A stretch of 24,000 nt of DNA from Photobacterium chitinilyticum. Lineage in GTDB: Bacteria > Pseudomonadota > Gammaproteobacteria > Enterobacterales > Vibrionaceae. A model generated the notes under the pieces. That model ran no database searches, was not told the origin of the DNA, and saw nothing but the letters and a program-made list of their open reading frames with translations. This document shows positions 6,318 through 15,356 of the stretch, one piece after another (the first letter of the stretch is position 1; the number at the start of each line of letters is the position of its first letter). A program made the translations under genes and the position numbers. The DNA lies in NCBI RefSeq assembly GCF_004104355.1, contig NZ_RJLM01000002.1:401385-425384 (forward strand), read 5' to 3'.

Positions 6318-7183
6318 GTCCAGGGAAAAGCTTCCGGCATGCCGTTGCTGCCAACCATCCGCTGCAGATTGTCGGCACTGTTAACCCTTATTGCGCCATG
6401 ATGGCCGAGCAGGTAGGACACCAGGCCATATATCTGTCGGGCGGCGGGATTGCCAATGCTTCATACGGTCTGCCGGATCTGGGGATCACAACCTTGAATG
6501 ATGTTCTGGAAGATGTACGCCGAATTACCGCAGCAACGACCTTGCCGCTGTTGGTTGATATCGATACTGGTTTTGGTGGCGCATTTAATATTGCCCGCAC
6601 CGTCAAAGAGATGGAGCGAGCGGGAGCGGCGGCAATACACATGGAGGATCAGGTTGCACAGAAGCGTTGCGGCCACCGTCCGAACAAGGCCATTGTTAGC
6701 CAGGAGGAAATGGTTGACCGTATCAAGGCGGCTGTCGATGCCCGCGTTGATAAGGACTTTGTCATCATGGCGCGTACCGATGCGCTGGCCGTGGAGGGGA
6801 TGGACGCCGCCATTGAGCGGGCGATAGCCTGTGTCGAAGCTGGCGCAGATATGATTTTCCCGGAGGCCATCAATACTCTTGAGCAGTATCAGCAGTTTTC
6901 GGATGCCGTGAAAGTACCGATCCTTGCCAATATTACTGAGTTTGGTCAAACGCCGTTGTTCAGTGGTGAAGAGCTGGCAGAATGTGGTGTCGACATGGTG
7001 CTGTATCCGTTGTCCGCGTTTCGGGCGATGAACCTCGCGGCGCTGAATGTCTATCAGCATATAAGGAAAGATGGCCATCAGCGCAATGTGGTGGATCAGA
7101 TGCAAACCCGTGAACAGCTCTACCATTACTTGGGTTACCACGATTATGAGCAGAAGCTCGATAAACTGTTCAACGAAAAGTAA
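6314..7183 (+). CDS. prpB: 2-methylisocitrate lyase
   Basis: 289 aa. Isocitrate-lyase/PEP-mutase family signature KRCGHRPNK, plus [11 protein letters not shown] and MARTDA motifs. Location in the prp cluster supports the call. Confidence 0.95.
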   Translation: MSPGKSFRHAVAANHPLQIVGTVNPYCAMMAEQVGHQAIYLSGGGIANASYGLPDLGITTLNDVLEDVRRITAATTLPLLVDIDTGFGGAFNIARTVKEMERAGAAAIHMEDQVAQKRCGHRPNKAIVSQEEMVDRIKAAVDARVDKDFVIMARTDALAVEGMDAAIERAIACVEAGADMIFPEAINTLEQYQQFSDAVKVPILANITEFGQTPLFSGEELAECGVDMVLYPLSAFRAMNLAALNVYQHIRKDGHQRNVVDQMQTREQLYHYLGYHDYEQKLDKLFNEK

Positions 7184-7191
7184 ATCAAAGC

Positions 7192-7208
7192 TACAGTAAT
7201 TTACTGTA
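7192..7208. repeat. Perfect 17-bp palindrome TACAGTAA-T-TTACTGTA, 9 nt after the prpB stop
   Basis: Read directly: the 8-bp arms are exact reverse complements. Function unknown (protein site or hairpin). Confidence 0.6.
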
Positions 7209-7233
7209 TATAAAACAACGAGTGTAGTAGATG

Positions 7234-7256
7234 ACTTATTATTCTAAATAATAAGT
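7234..7256. repeat. Perfect 23-bp AT-rich hairpin/palindrome ACTTATTATT-CTA-AATAATAAGT
   Basis: Read directly: the 10-bp arms are exact reverse complements with a 3-nt loop. Function unknown. Confidence 0.6.
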
Positions 7257-7497
7257 GTAATAACAATAATATAAACAAAAATAATAAAAAACAGATAACA
7301 ACAGTAATAATAAATAGGCAGGGAAGCCAGCTCGCTAATAAGCGGGAAGCCTAAGAAATTTAATACCTATAATAATATTACTAATAATTGACTATTTATT
7401 TAGTACTGATTCAGTCGCTGCCATTTCGAAGGGTACGAGTCTCACCTGTAGCTAGCGAAATCGCAATGGATTAACGTGAACAAATAAGGAGTCTGCT

Positions 7498-8673
7498 ATG
7501 ACTGCTATAGCCGTAGCTGATACGAACAAGGACAAGAAGCAAGACGATAAGAAATCATTGAGCGGTGCGGGTCTGCGCGGTCAAAGCGCCGGAACAACGT
7601 CACTGTGTACTGTTGGCCAAAGCGGGACGGGGTTGACTTACCGTGGTTATGACATCACTGATTTGGCGAACCATGCCGAATTTGAAGAAGTGGCGCACCT
7701 GTTACTCAAGGGAAAATTACCGACTCAAGCTGAACTGGATGGTTATAAGCAGGTACTGAAGAGTGCCCGTGGACTGCCACCATCACTGTGCCAGGTTCTG
7801 GAAGCGATTCCGGCTGACGCCCACCCGATGGATGTGATGCGTACCGGTTGTTCGATGCTAGGAAATCTCGATCAGGAACTCGACTTTTCCGAGCAGGACG
7901 AGAAAACCGATACTTTGCTTGCCATGCTTCCGGCCATTATCTGCTACTGGTATCGCTACAGTCATGATGGTGTTCGTATCGATACAGCTAATAGCAGTCA
8001 GGATAGTATTGGCGGCTATTTCCTCGAGATGCTGACAGGCAAAGCCCCGTCAGAACTGCACAAGCAGGTTATGCATTGCTCGCTGGTTCTGTATGCCGAA
8101 CATGAGTTCAATGCTTCGACGTTTACCGCTCGTGTTTGCGCTTCGACATTGTCTGATCTCCATTCTTGTATTACGGCTGCCATTGGTAGTTTGCGCGGTC
8201 CCTTGCATGGTGGTGCCAATGAAGCGGCCATGGCGATGATCGAGCAGTGGCAGACTGCGGATGAGGCTGAAGCTGGCATCATGGAGATGCTGGCGAACAA
8301 AGACAAAATTATGGGCTTCGGCCATGCAATTTACCGTGAATCTGATCCCCGAAATGCTTTAATTAAAGCATGGTCGGAAAAGCTCTCTGCCGATGTTGGC
8401 GATACCCATCTGTATGCAGTCTCTGAGCGTGTCGAGCAGGTGATGAAGCGGGAAAAGGGGCTGTTTTGTAACGCAGACTTTTTCCATGCCTCGGCCTATC
8501 ACTTCATGGGGATACCGACCAAGTTGTTTACCCCCATTTTTGTTATGAGCCGAGTCACAGGCTGGGCTGCCCATGTCTATGAGCAGCGTGCCAATAACCG
8601 GATTATCCGTCCGAGTGCCGATTACGAAGGACCGGAGCATCAGGATTGGCTGCCAATTGAAGGGCGCAGTTAA
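7498..8673 (+). CDS. prpC: 2-methylcitrate synthase
   Basis: 391 aa. Citrate synthase signature GFGHAIYRESDPR, and catalytic-region LHGGANEAA. AAGGAG lies 6 nt upstream of the ATG. Confidence 0.95.
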   Translation: MTAIAVADTNKDKKQDDKKSLSGAGLRGQSAGTTSLCTVGQSGTGLTYRGYDITDLANHAEFEEVAHLLLKGKLPTQAELDGYKQVLKSARGLPPSLCQVLEAIPADAHPMDVMRTGCSMLGNLDQELDFSEQDEKTDTLLAMLPAIICYWYRYSHDGVRIDTANSSQDSIGGYFLEMLTGKAPSELHKQVMHCSLVLYAEHEFNASTFTARVCASTLSDLHSCITAAIGSLRGPLHGGANEAAMAMIEQWQTADEAEAGIMEMLANKDKIMGFGHAIYRESDPRNALIKAWSEKLSADVGDTHLYAVSERVEQVMKREKGLFCNADFFHASAYHFMGIPTKLFTPIFVMSRVTGWAAHVYEQRANNRIIRPSADYEGPEHQDWLPIEGRS

Positions 8674-8785
8674 CGCTTAAATACAGACTTCGTGCCAAGG
8701 AGTTACACCTCAAACTCCTCCCTTAAAAGGGGGGAGAGCCAATTGCCTGATAGGTCTGCGAGCAGTAAATTCACGGATGTAAGCT

Positions 8786-11371
8786 ATGAATATTAATACA
8801 AAATACCGTAAGCCTCTTGCAGGCAGCGGGCTTGATTTCTTTGATACCCGAGAAGCCGTAAACGATATATCTCCCGGTGCGTACGAGACGCTCCCCTATA
8901 CCTCGCGCGTGTTGGCCGAGCAGCTGGTCAGACGCTGCGATCCGGATTCATTAACCAATAGCCTGAAACAGATCATCGAACGTAAGCGCGACCTTGATTT
9001 TCCATGGTATCCGGCGCGTGTGGTGTGCCACGATATCCTGGGACAAACTGCTTTAGTCGATTTAGCAGGTCTGCGGGATGCCATTGCCGATCAGGGGGGC
9101 GACCCGGCGAAGGTCAATCCGGTTGTGGAAACGCAATTGATTGTCGACCACTCGTTGGCGGTTGAGCATGCTGGTTCTGATCCTGATGCATTTGATAAAA
9201 ACCGTGCGATAGAAGATCGCCGCAACGAAGACCGTTTCCACTTTATCGAGTGGTGTAAAACTGCATTTGAAAACGTCAGCGTGATCCCTGCCGGTAACGG
9301 CATCATGCACCAGATCAACCTGGAAAAAATGTCGCCAGTGGTTCAGGCCAAGAACGGTATCGCCTACCCCGATACGTGTGTCGGCACCGACAGCCACACA
9401 CCGCACGTTGATGCGCTGGGTGTGATCGCGATTGGAGTGGGTGGGCTTGAAGCGGAAACGGTAATGCTGGGTCGCCCATCCATGATGCGTCTGCCGGATA
9501 TTGTCGGTATAAAACTGACAGGTAAACGCCAGCCTGGCATTACTGCCACCGATATTGTCCTCGCTATCACCGAGTTTTTACGTAACGAGCGTGTGGTTTC
9601 ATCTTATCTGGAATTCTTTGGCGAAGGGGCGAAAGATCTCACCATCGGTGATCGCGCGACCATCTCCAATATGACGCCAGAATATGGTGCCACTGCGGGT
9701 ATGTTCTATATTGATGAGCAGACCATAAACTACCTCAAGTTGACAGGCCGAGATGAGCAGCAAGTCGAGTTGGTGGAACAATACGCCAAGCAAACGGGTT
9801 TGTGGGCAGACTCTCTGGAGAGTGCAGTTTACGAGCGAGTGCTGGAATTCGATTTATCGACAGTTTCCCGCAATATGGCAGGTCCGTCGAACCCTCATCG
9901 TCGCCTGCCGACTTCAGAGCTTGCTTCTCGCGGGATTTCTGGCGAATGGGAAGAGAAAGAGGGCGAACTGCCTGATGGTGCAGTGATTATTGCCGCCATC
10001 ACCTCTTGTACCAACACCAGTAACCCGCGCAACGTGATAGCTGCCGCTCTGTTGGCGAAGAAAGCCAATGAGCTGGGCTTGATCCGTAAACCCTGGGTGA
10101 AATCGTCGTTTGCCCCGGGGTCGAAAGTCGCCAAGTTGTATTTGGAAGAAGCAGGGCTACTGCCAGAGCTGGAAAAATTGGGCTTTGGTATTGTTGGTTA
10201 TGCCTGTACGACCTGTAATGGCATGAGTGGTGCTTTGGATCCCAAAATCCAGCAAGAGATCATCGATCGTGATCTATATACAACCGCAGTACTTTCCGGC
10301 AACCGTAACTTTGATGGTCGTATTCATCCCTATGCCAAGCAGGCGTTTTTGGCTTCACCGCCTCTGGTTGTTGCTTATGCGTTAGCGGGTTCTATTCGCT
10401 TTGATATCGAGCGTGATGCCCTTGGTACCGATAATCAGGGTAATCCCATTTACCTCAATGATTTGTGGCCAAGTGATGAAGAAATTGATGCGGTTGTCGG
10501 TAAGTGTGTTAGGCCGGAGCAGTTCAATCAGGTCTACATCCAGATGTTTAAGCTGAACGACGAAGCGCGCAACAGCAATCCGCTATACGACTGGCGTCCA
10601 ATGAGTACCTATATTCGCCGCCCACCTTATTGGGAAGGTGCTTTGGCGGGAGAACGAACGCTGTCGGGCATGCGTCCACTGGCGGTTCTGGGTGACAACA
10701 TTACGACCGACCATTTGTCGCCGTCTAATGCGATTCTGGCTTCCAGCGCAGCAGGGGAGTATCTGGCCAAAATGGAGGTGCCGGAAGAGGACTTTAACTC
10801 TTATGCAACGCACCGTGGTGATCATTTGACGGCGCAGCGTGCTACGTTCGCCAACCCTAAACTCTTCAACGAAATGGTCAAAGAGAATGGCGAAGTTGTG
10901 CAGGGGTCAATGGCTCGTATTGAGCCGGAAGGCAAGGTTACTCGCATGTGGGAAGCGATTGAAACCTATATGAACCGCAAACAGCCTTTGATTGTGGTGG
11001 CTGGCGCGGATTACGGTCAGGGCTCTTCCCGTGACTGGGCGGCGAAAGGAGTTCGCTTGGCCGGGGTAGAGGCTATTGCTGCTGAAGGCTTCGAGCGTAT
11101 TCACCGAACTAATTTGGTGGGGATGGGCATACTGCCACTGCAGTTTAAGCAGGGCACCAACCGTAATACCCTGGAGTTGGACGGTACCGAGCTATACGAC
11201 GTTATCGGTGTGATAACACCCGGTGCAGATTTAGCTTTGGTGATCACTCGCGCCAACGGTGAAAAAGTCGATGTGGCAGTCACCTGTCGTCTCGATACGG
11301 CTGATGAAGTGGCCGTTTATGACGCTGGCGGTGTGTTGCAGCGCTTTGCCCAAGACTTCTTGGCTCAGTAG
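8786..11371 (+). CDS. acnD: Fe/S-dependent 2-methylcitrate dehydratase, aconitase family (AcnD)
   Basis: 861 aa, aconitase A-like. Cluster-ligand motifs IAAITSCTNTSNP and GYACTTCNGMSG, plus VGTDSHT. It is immediately followed by prpF, the diagnostic pairing for AcnD. Confidence 0.95.
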   Translation: MNINTKYRKPLAGSGLDFFDTREAVNDISPGAYETLPYTSRVLAEQLVRRCDPDSLTNSLKQIIERKRDLDFPWYPARVVCHDILGQTALVDLAGLRDAIADQGGDPAKVNPVVETQLIVDHSLAVEHAGSDPDAFDKNRAIEDRRNEDRFHFIEWCKTAFENVSVIPAGNGIMHQINLEKMSPVVQAKNGIAYPDTCVGTDSHTPHVDALGVIAIGVGGLEAETVMLGRPSMMRLPDIVGIKLTGKRQPGITATDIVLAITEFLRNERVVSSYLEFFGEGAKDLTIGDRATISNMTPEYGATAGMFYIDEQTINYLKLTGRDEQQVELVEQYAKQTGLWADSLESAVYERVLEFDLSTVSRNMAGPSNPHRRLPTSELASRGISGEWEEKEGELPDGAVIIAAITSCTNTSNPRNVIAAALLAKKANELGLIRKPWVKSSFAPGSKVAKLYLEEAGLLPELEKLGFGIVGYACTTCNGMSGALDPKIQQEIIDRDLYTTAVLSGNRNFDGRIHPYAKQAFLASPPLVVAYALAGSIRFDIERDALGTDNQGNPIYLNDLWPSDEEIDAVVGKCVRPEQFNQVYIQMFKLNDEARNSNPLYDWRPMSTYIRRPPYWEGALAGERTLSGMRPLAVLGDNITTDHLSPSNAILASSAAGEYLAKMEVPEEDFNSYATHRGDHLTAQRATFANPKLFNEMVKENGEVVQGSMARIEPEGKVTRMWEAIETYMNRKQPLIVVAGADYGQGSSRDWAAKGVRLAGVEAIAAEGFERIHRTNLVGMGILPLQFKQGTNRNTLELDGTELYDVIGVITPGADLALVITRANGEKVDVAVTCRLDTADEVAVYDAGGVLQRFAQDFLAQ

Positions 11372-11383
11372 GGGGAGATGATA

Positions 11384-12598
11384 ATGACAAATTCAACGTT
11401 CCAGTTACGACCCCAGTCACAACCCCTGTCGCAAATCAAAGTGCCTGCCACCTATATGCGTGGCGGCACCAGCAAGGGTATGTTTTTTAGCTTGGAAGAT
11501 TTGCCGCCTGAAGCTCAGGTATCTGGCGGTGCTCGTAACAAGTTGCTGCTGAGAGTTATAGGCAGCCCGGATCCTTACGCCAAGCAGATAGACGGTATGG
11601 GCGGTGCAACCTCGAGTACCAGCAAAGCGGTTATCGTTTCCAAAAGTAGCAAGGCTGATCACGATGTCGATTATCTGTTTGGTCAGGTATCGATTGATAA
11701 GCCCTTTGTTGACTGGAGCGGTAACTGCGGAAACCTCTCTGCGGCGGTAGGCCCATTTGCTATTCAGGCTGGTCTGCTTCCTGAAGGACGTATTCCTGCC
11801 AACGGCATCGTCACGGTTCGTGTTTGGCAAGTTAATATCGAGAAAACTATCGTTGTACATGTGCCTATTGTGAATGGGGTTGTACAGGAAACCGGTGACT
11901 TTGAGCTCGACGGGGTGACATTCCCCGCCGCCGAGATTCAGGTGGACTTTATGGATCCGGCTGACGGCGATGGTTCGATGTTTCCGACCGGTAATCTGGT
12001 TGATGATCTTGAAGTGCCGGGTATCGGTACCTTCAATGCCACACTGATTAATGCGGGTATTCCGACTATTTTTGTCGATGCCGAGGCGATTGGTTACACC
12101 GGCACCGAGCTGCAGGATAACATCAATAATGATGATAAAGCATTGGCGATGTTCGAGACCATTCGTGCCTACGGGGCGTTGAAAATGGGGTTGATAACTT
12201 GCTTGGAAGAGGCCGAAACTCGCCAGCATACGCCGAAGATCGCTTTTGTTTCCAAGCCGAAAACCTATCAGTCTTCGAGTGGTAAAACCGTTGCTGGTAG
12301 TGAGGTGGATATTTTGGTTCGCGCCCTTTCGATGGGTAAGTTACATCACGCCATGATGGGGACGGCAGCCGTCGCGATTGCATCAGCTGCCTGTGTTCCT
12401 GGGACGCTGGTTAATTTGGCGGCTGGTGGCGGCGAAAAAGAATCGGTGACGTTCGGGCATCCGTCCGGAACGTTAAAAGTGGGCGCGAAAGCCAAACAGG
12501 CAAACCAAGGCTGGGTAGTCGAGAAAGCCATTATGAGCCGCAGCGCTCGCATTTTGATGGAGGGCTTTGTACGTGTTCCCTCTAATGTCTTTGAATAA
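11384..12598 (+). CDS. prpF: 2-methylaconitate cis-trans isomerase PrpF
   Basis: PrpF family motif YMRGGTSKG near the N-terminus, ~400 aa, downstream of acnD. The ORF opens at ATG 11378, which abuts the GGGGGAG SD. ATG 11384 has better spacing. Confidence 0.9.
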   Translation: MTNSTFQLRPQSQPLSQIKVPATYMRGGTSKGMFFSLEDLPPEAQVSGGARNKLLLRVIGSPDPYAKQIDGMGGATSSTSKAVIVSKSSKADHDVDYLFGQVSIDKPFVDWSGNCGNLSAAVGPFAIQAGLLPEGRIPANGIVTVRVWQVNIEKTIVVHVPIVNGVVQETGDFELDGVTFPAAEIQVDFMDPADGDGSMFPTGNLVDDLEVPGIGTFNATLINAGIPTIFVDAEAIGYTGTELQDNINNDDKALAMFETIRAYGALKMGLITCLEEAETRQHTPKIAFVSKPKTYQSSSGKTVAGSEVDILVRALSMGKLHHAMMGTAAVAIASAACVPGTLVNLAAGGGEKESVTFGHPSGTLKVGAKAKQANQGWVVEKAIMSRSARILMEGFVRVPSNVFE

Positions 12599-12642
12599 GA
12601 TCCTTTGAATAAGCAATGTCAGGACATACTGGAGGAAGCAAT

Positions 12643-14517
12643 ATGTCTGCATATCAGAAACAATATCAGTTGGCACAAACTGCGCCGGAAGAATTTTGGA
12701 AACAACAGGCAGAAGATATTGCCTGGTTCAAATTTCCTCAAACTATCCTCAGCCAGGATGAACAGGGTATCGAGCGATGGTTTGCCGATGGTGAACTCAA
12801 TACCGCTTACCTGGCCTTGGATCACCATGTTGAACAGGGCAGAGGTGATCAAACCGCACTGATTTATGACTCCCCTGTCACGGGTCAGAAAGCCCGCTAT
12901 ACCTATCGTGTTCTGCGTGATCAGGTCGCCAAGACTGCTGGCATGCTAGCAAACCTGGGCGTTACCAAAGGGGATCGGGTAGTCATTTATATGCCGATGA
13001 TCCCGGAAGCGGCGATGGCAATGTTGGCCTGTGCTCGTCTGGGGGCCATTCACTCGGTCGTCTTTGGCGGCTTTGCGCCGAATGAGCTGGCGGTGCGTAT
13101 TGAAGATGCCGAACCGAAAGTGATCATGACGGCCAGCTGTGGTGTTGAGATCAACAAGGTGCTTCCCTATAAGCCGCTGGTTGATCAGGCCATTATGGAC
13201 AGCCGTTGGAAACCTGATCATGTGGTGGTTCATCAGCGTAAACAATGCCCGGCAGATCTGAATCAGGAACGCGACAAGGATTGGTCAGCATTATTGCGTA
13301 CAGCCAAAGCGCATGACTGTGTGTCGGTGAAGGCAACCGATCCGCTCTACATTCTTTATACCTCCGGAACGACGGGCAAACCCAAGGGGGTGGTGCGCGA
13401 TAATGGCGGTCATGCCGTTGCGATGAAGTACAGCATGGGAACAATCTATGATGTCGAGCCGGGGGATGTGTACTGGGCGGCATCAGATGTCGGGTGGGTG
13501 GTCGGGCACTCCTATATTGTCTATGCGCCGTTAATTCATGGCTGTACCACGATTATGTATGAAGGCAAACCTGTACGCACCCCTGATCCGGGCGCTTTCT
13601 GGCGAGTTTGTCAGGAGTATGGAGTCAAGGCTCTGTTCTCGGCACCGACGGCTTTCCGAGCGATAAAAAAAGAAGATCCAGAAGGTGGGCACCTCAAGCA
13701 GTACCCGATGCCCTCACTGAAAACCATTTTTATGGCTGGTGAGCGCTTGGATCCGCCGACACTGGAATGGGTCGAAAGTAAGACCGGGCGTCCGGTGGTC
13801 GATCATTGGTGGCAGACCGAGACGGGCTGGGCCATTGCCGGAAACCCGATTGGCTTGGAAAACTTTGCTGTCAAGCCGGGCTCGGCGACCAAACCTATTC
13901 CCGGTTATCTGGTGGAAGTGCTTAACGAAATCGGTGAGCCACAAAAAGCCAGCGAGCAGGGTTACATTGCGATTAAGCGACCATTGCCACCGGGTTGTCT
14001 GCCCACTGTTTGGCGTAACCACGATCGTTTTGAATCAGGCTATCTTAGTCAGTTCCCGGGTTACTACGTTTCTGGTGACGGTGGTTATATTGATGAAGAC
14101 GGTTACCTGTTCGTGATGGGACGTATTGATGATGTGATCAACGTTGCCGGTCACCGTCTGTCTACTGGTGAGATGGAGGAGGTTGTCGGTGGTCATGAAG
14201 CCGTTGCAGAGTGTGCGGTAATCGGTATTCATGATGATCTCAAGGGCCAGTTACCATTGGGGCTGGTGGTGCTAAAAGACGGATACGTATCTGAAGGTGG
14301 TGCCATAGAGAATGAACTGTTGCAAAAAGTGCGGCAGGAAATTGGTGCTGTAGCCTGCTTCAAACGAGCATTGATTGTCGATCGTCTGCCAAAAACACGA
14401 TCTGGTAAGATCTTGCGCCGGGTGATCCGCCAGATAGCCGATGGCGAGCAATATGTCGTGCCATCTACAATCGATGATCCAACCAGCCTGCAGGAGATTG
14501 AGCGGGTACTGGAATAA
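12643..14517 (+). CDS. prpE: Propionate--CoA ligase (propionyl-CoA synthetase)
   Basis: AMP-binding signature ILYTSGTTGKPKGVV, acetyl/propionyl-CoA synthetase-like N-terminus (YQKQYQLAQTAPEEFW), and C-terminal PKTRSGKILRR. The ORF opens at 12616, but GGAGG (12631-12635) sits 7 nt before ATG 12643. The resulting 624 aa fits PrpE length. Confidence 0.93.
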   Translation: MSAYQKQYQLAQTAPEEFWKQQAEDIAWFKFPQTILSQDEQGIERWFADGELNTAYLALDHHVEQGRGDQTALIYDSPVTGQKARYTYRVLRDQVAKTAGMLANLGVTKGDRVVIYMPMIPEAAMAMLACARLGAIHSVVFGGFAPNELAVRIEDAEPKVIMTASCGVEINKVLPYKPLVDQAIMDSRWKPDHVVVHQRKQCPADLNQERDKDWSALLRTAKAHDCVSVKATDPLYILYTSGTTGKPKGVVRDNGGHAVAMKYSMGTIYDVEPGDVYWAASDVGWVVGHSYIVYAPLIHGCTTIMYEGKPVRTPDPGAFWRVCQEYGVKALFSAPTAFRAIKKEDPEGGHLKQYPMPSLKTIFMAGERLDPPTLEWVESKTGRPVVDHWWQTETGWAIAGNPIGLENFAVKPGSATKPIPGYLVEVLNEIGEPQKASEQGYIAIKRPLPPGCLPTVWRNHDRFESGYLSQFPGYYVSGDGGYIDEDGYLFVMGRIDDVINVAGHRLSTGEMEEVVGGHEAVAECAVIGIHDDLKGQLPLGLVVLKDGYVSEGGAIENELLQKVRQEIGAVACFKRALIVDRLPKTRSGKILRRVIRQIADGEQYVVPSTIDDPTSLQEIERVLE

Positions 14518-14549
14518 GTATTTCTAAAGTTAAAAAAGACTCCCAGAGC

Positions 14550-14589
14550 AAACAGCTTTTGCATCGCAAGATGCAACGGCTGTTTTTTT
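14550..14589 (+). terminator. Intrinsic terminator of the prp operon
   Basis: AAACAGC..TTGCATC-GCAA-GATGCAA..GCTGTTT two-tier stem with a GNRA tetraloop, followed by a T7 run, 33 nt after the prpE stop. Confidence 0.85.
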
Positions 14590-14741
14590 ATGGGGATAGT
14601 TAATGTCCAGGTTAACCGATGATCCTCTGGTCACAACAGCGCTGCTAGTGGCGGTGAAATATAATTCCAATATCCACAGAGTTTTGGCTCTAAACTTGCT
14701 TATGAGCTTGTTTAGAGTGGACTAACTCAAGGAGACATTGG

Positions 14742-14954
14742 ATGTCGATTAACGTAACGGTACTGTGTCTTGCATTGGCGGCTGTAGCGTTTGACTATTT
14801 TGCGAATAGGGATGGTCTGAATAGCAAGCCACAATCGCAATTTCAAGAGATTAGCGATAGTGATTCAGTGCAGCAGAAAGGTGAGGGTAAGCCGGTCAAG
14901 ATCGAATTGCCGCCTCGTGGTGTTGTGCTGGGAGCCGTATATGTCGGCCAATGA
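14742..14954 (+). CDS. Small hypothetical protein (70 aa) with N-terminal hydrophobic signal/anchor
   Basis: AAGGAG lies 7-8 nt upstream of the ATG. The N-terminal INVTVLCLALAAVAFDYF is hydrophobic. The gene has its own strong terminator downstream. Confidence 0.55.
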   Translation: MSINVTVLCLALAAVAFDYFANRDGLNSKPQSQFQEISDSDSVQQKGEGKPVKIELPPRGVVLGAVYVGQ

Positions 14955-14987
14955 ATGGGATTGTTTTATCTTCCTGATAAAAAAGGG

Positions 14988-15019
14988 AAATCCCCGCGAC
15001 ACTTGTCGAGGGGATTTTT
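14988..15019 (+). terminator. Intrinsic terminator
   Basis: AAATCCCC-G-CGAC-ACTT-GTCG-A-GGGGATTT stem-loop followed by a T run. Confidence 0.8.
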
Positions 15020-15356
15020 GCTGATGCAGATAAGATCTAATCGGCTTGATCGTATTTCTTTAGAAATGAGTCTCTTGTTTTTTTCAGAGCGGATTGGGAT
15101 TGATATTTCAATTTTTGCCTAACCCGTTTTGTGTTCTTATCCATAGTAATAGTTCAATACACTCCCTGTATGCTGGCTAACTGGTGTAGATTATTAATAG
15201 CAGCAAAAGGTAGTCATTACATGCTAATTACGGCTTGTAATAGTGATGTGCATTCCAGATTTTGAGCCTCGGGAATAGGCATTGTTATAAGTCACTGAAA
15301 TGGTAAAAACAAGATGATGACAATTATTAGCTACAGCCTAGCGAGTAATGCAGTCT

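Noticed and set aside
6461-7141. 226-aa ORF antisense to prpB, together with several other ORFs on the opposite strand or in other frames of prpR/prpB/prpC/acnD (e.g. 5748-6053, 6388-6642, 8016-8306, 9062-9406).
   Set aside because: They lie entirely inside genes with unmistakable enzyme signatures. They have Arg/Ser/Cys-rich low-complexity translations and no SD. These are typical shadow ORFs of higher-GC coding DNA.
7192-7216. Possible LexA/SOS box around TACTGTATATAAAACAAC.
   Set aside because: The CTGT is not followed by ACAG at the required N8 spacing. The palindrome is ACAG-N7-CTGT, the reverse of the SOS box arrangement.
11417-12229. 270-aa ORF antisense to prpF.
   Set aside because: It is a shadow ORF inside prpF, whose own frame carries the RGGTSKG family motif. 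It has no recognisable domain and no RBS.
12665-12680. TGGCAC...TGC resembling a sigma54 -24/-12 element (a similar TGGCAT occurs at ~18054).
   Set aside because: The GG-to-GC spacing is wrong, and the first site lies inside the prpE coding sequence. The GntR-type regulator also argues against the sigma54/PrpR(NtrC) mode of control.
15037-15144. 35-codon basic minus-strand ORF (MDKNTKRVRQKLKYQSQSALKKTRDSFLKKYDQAD).
   Set aside because: It has no SD at proper spacing and is too short to support from sequence alone.
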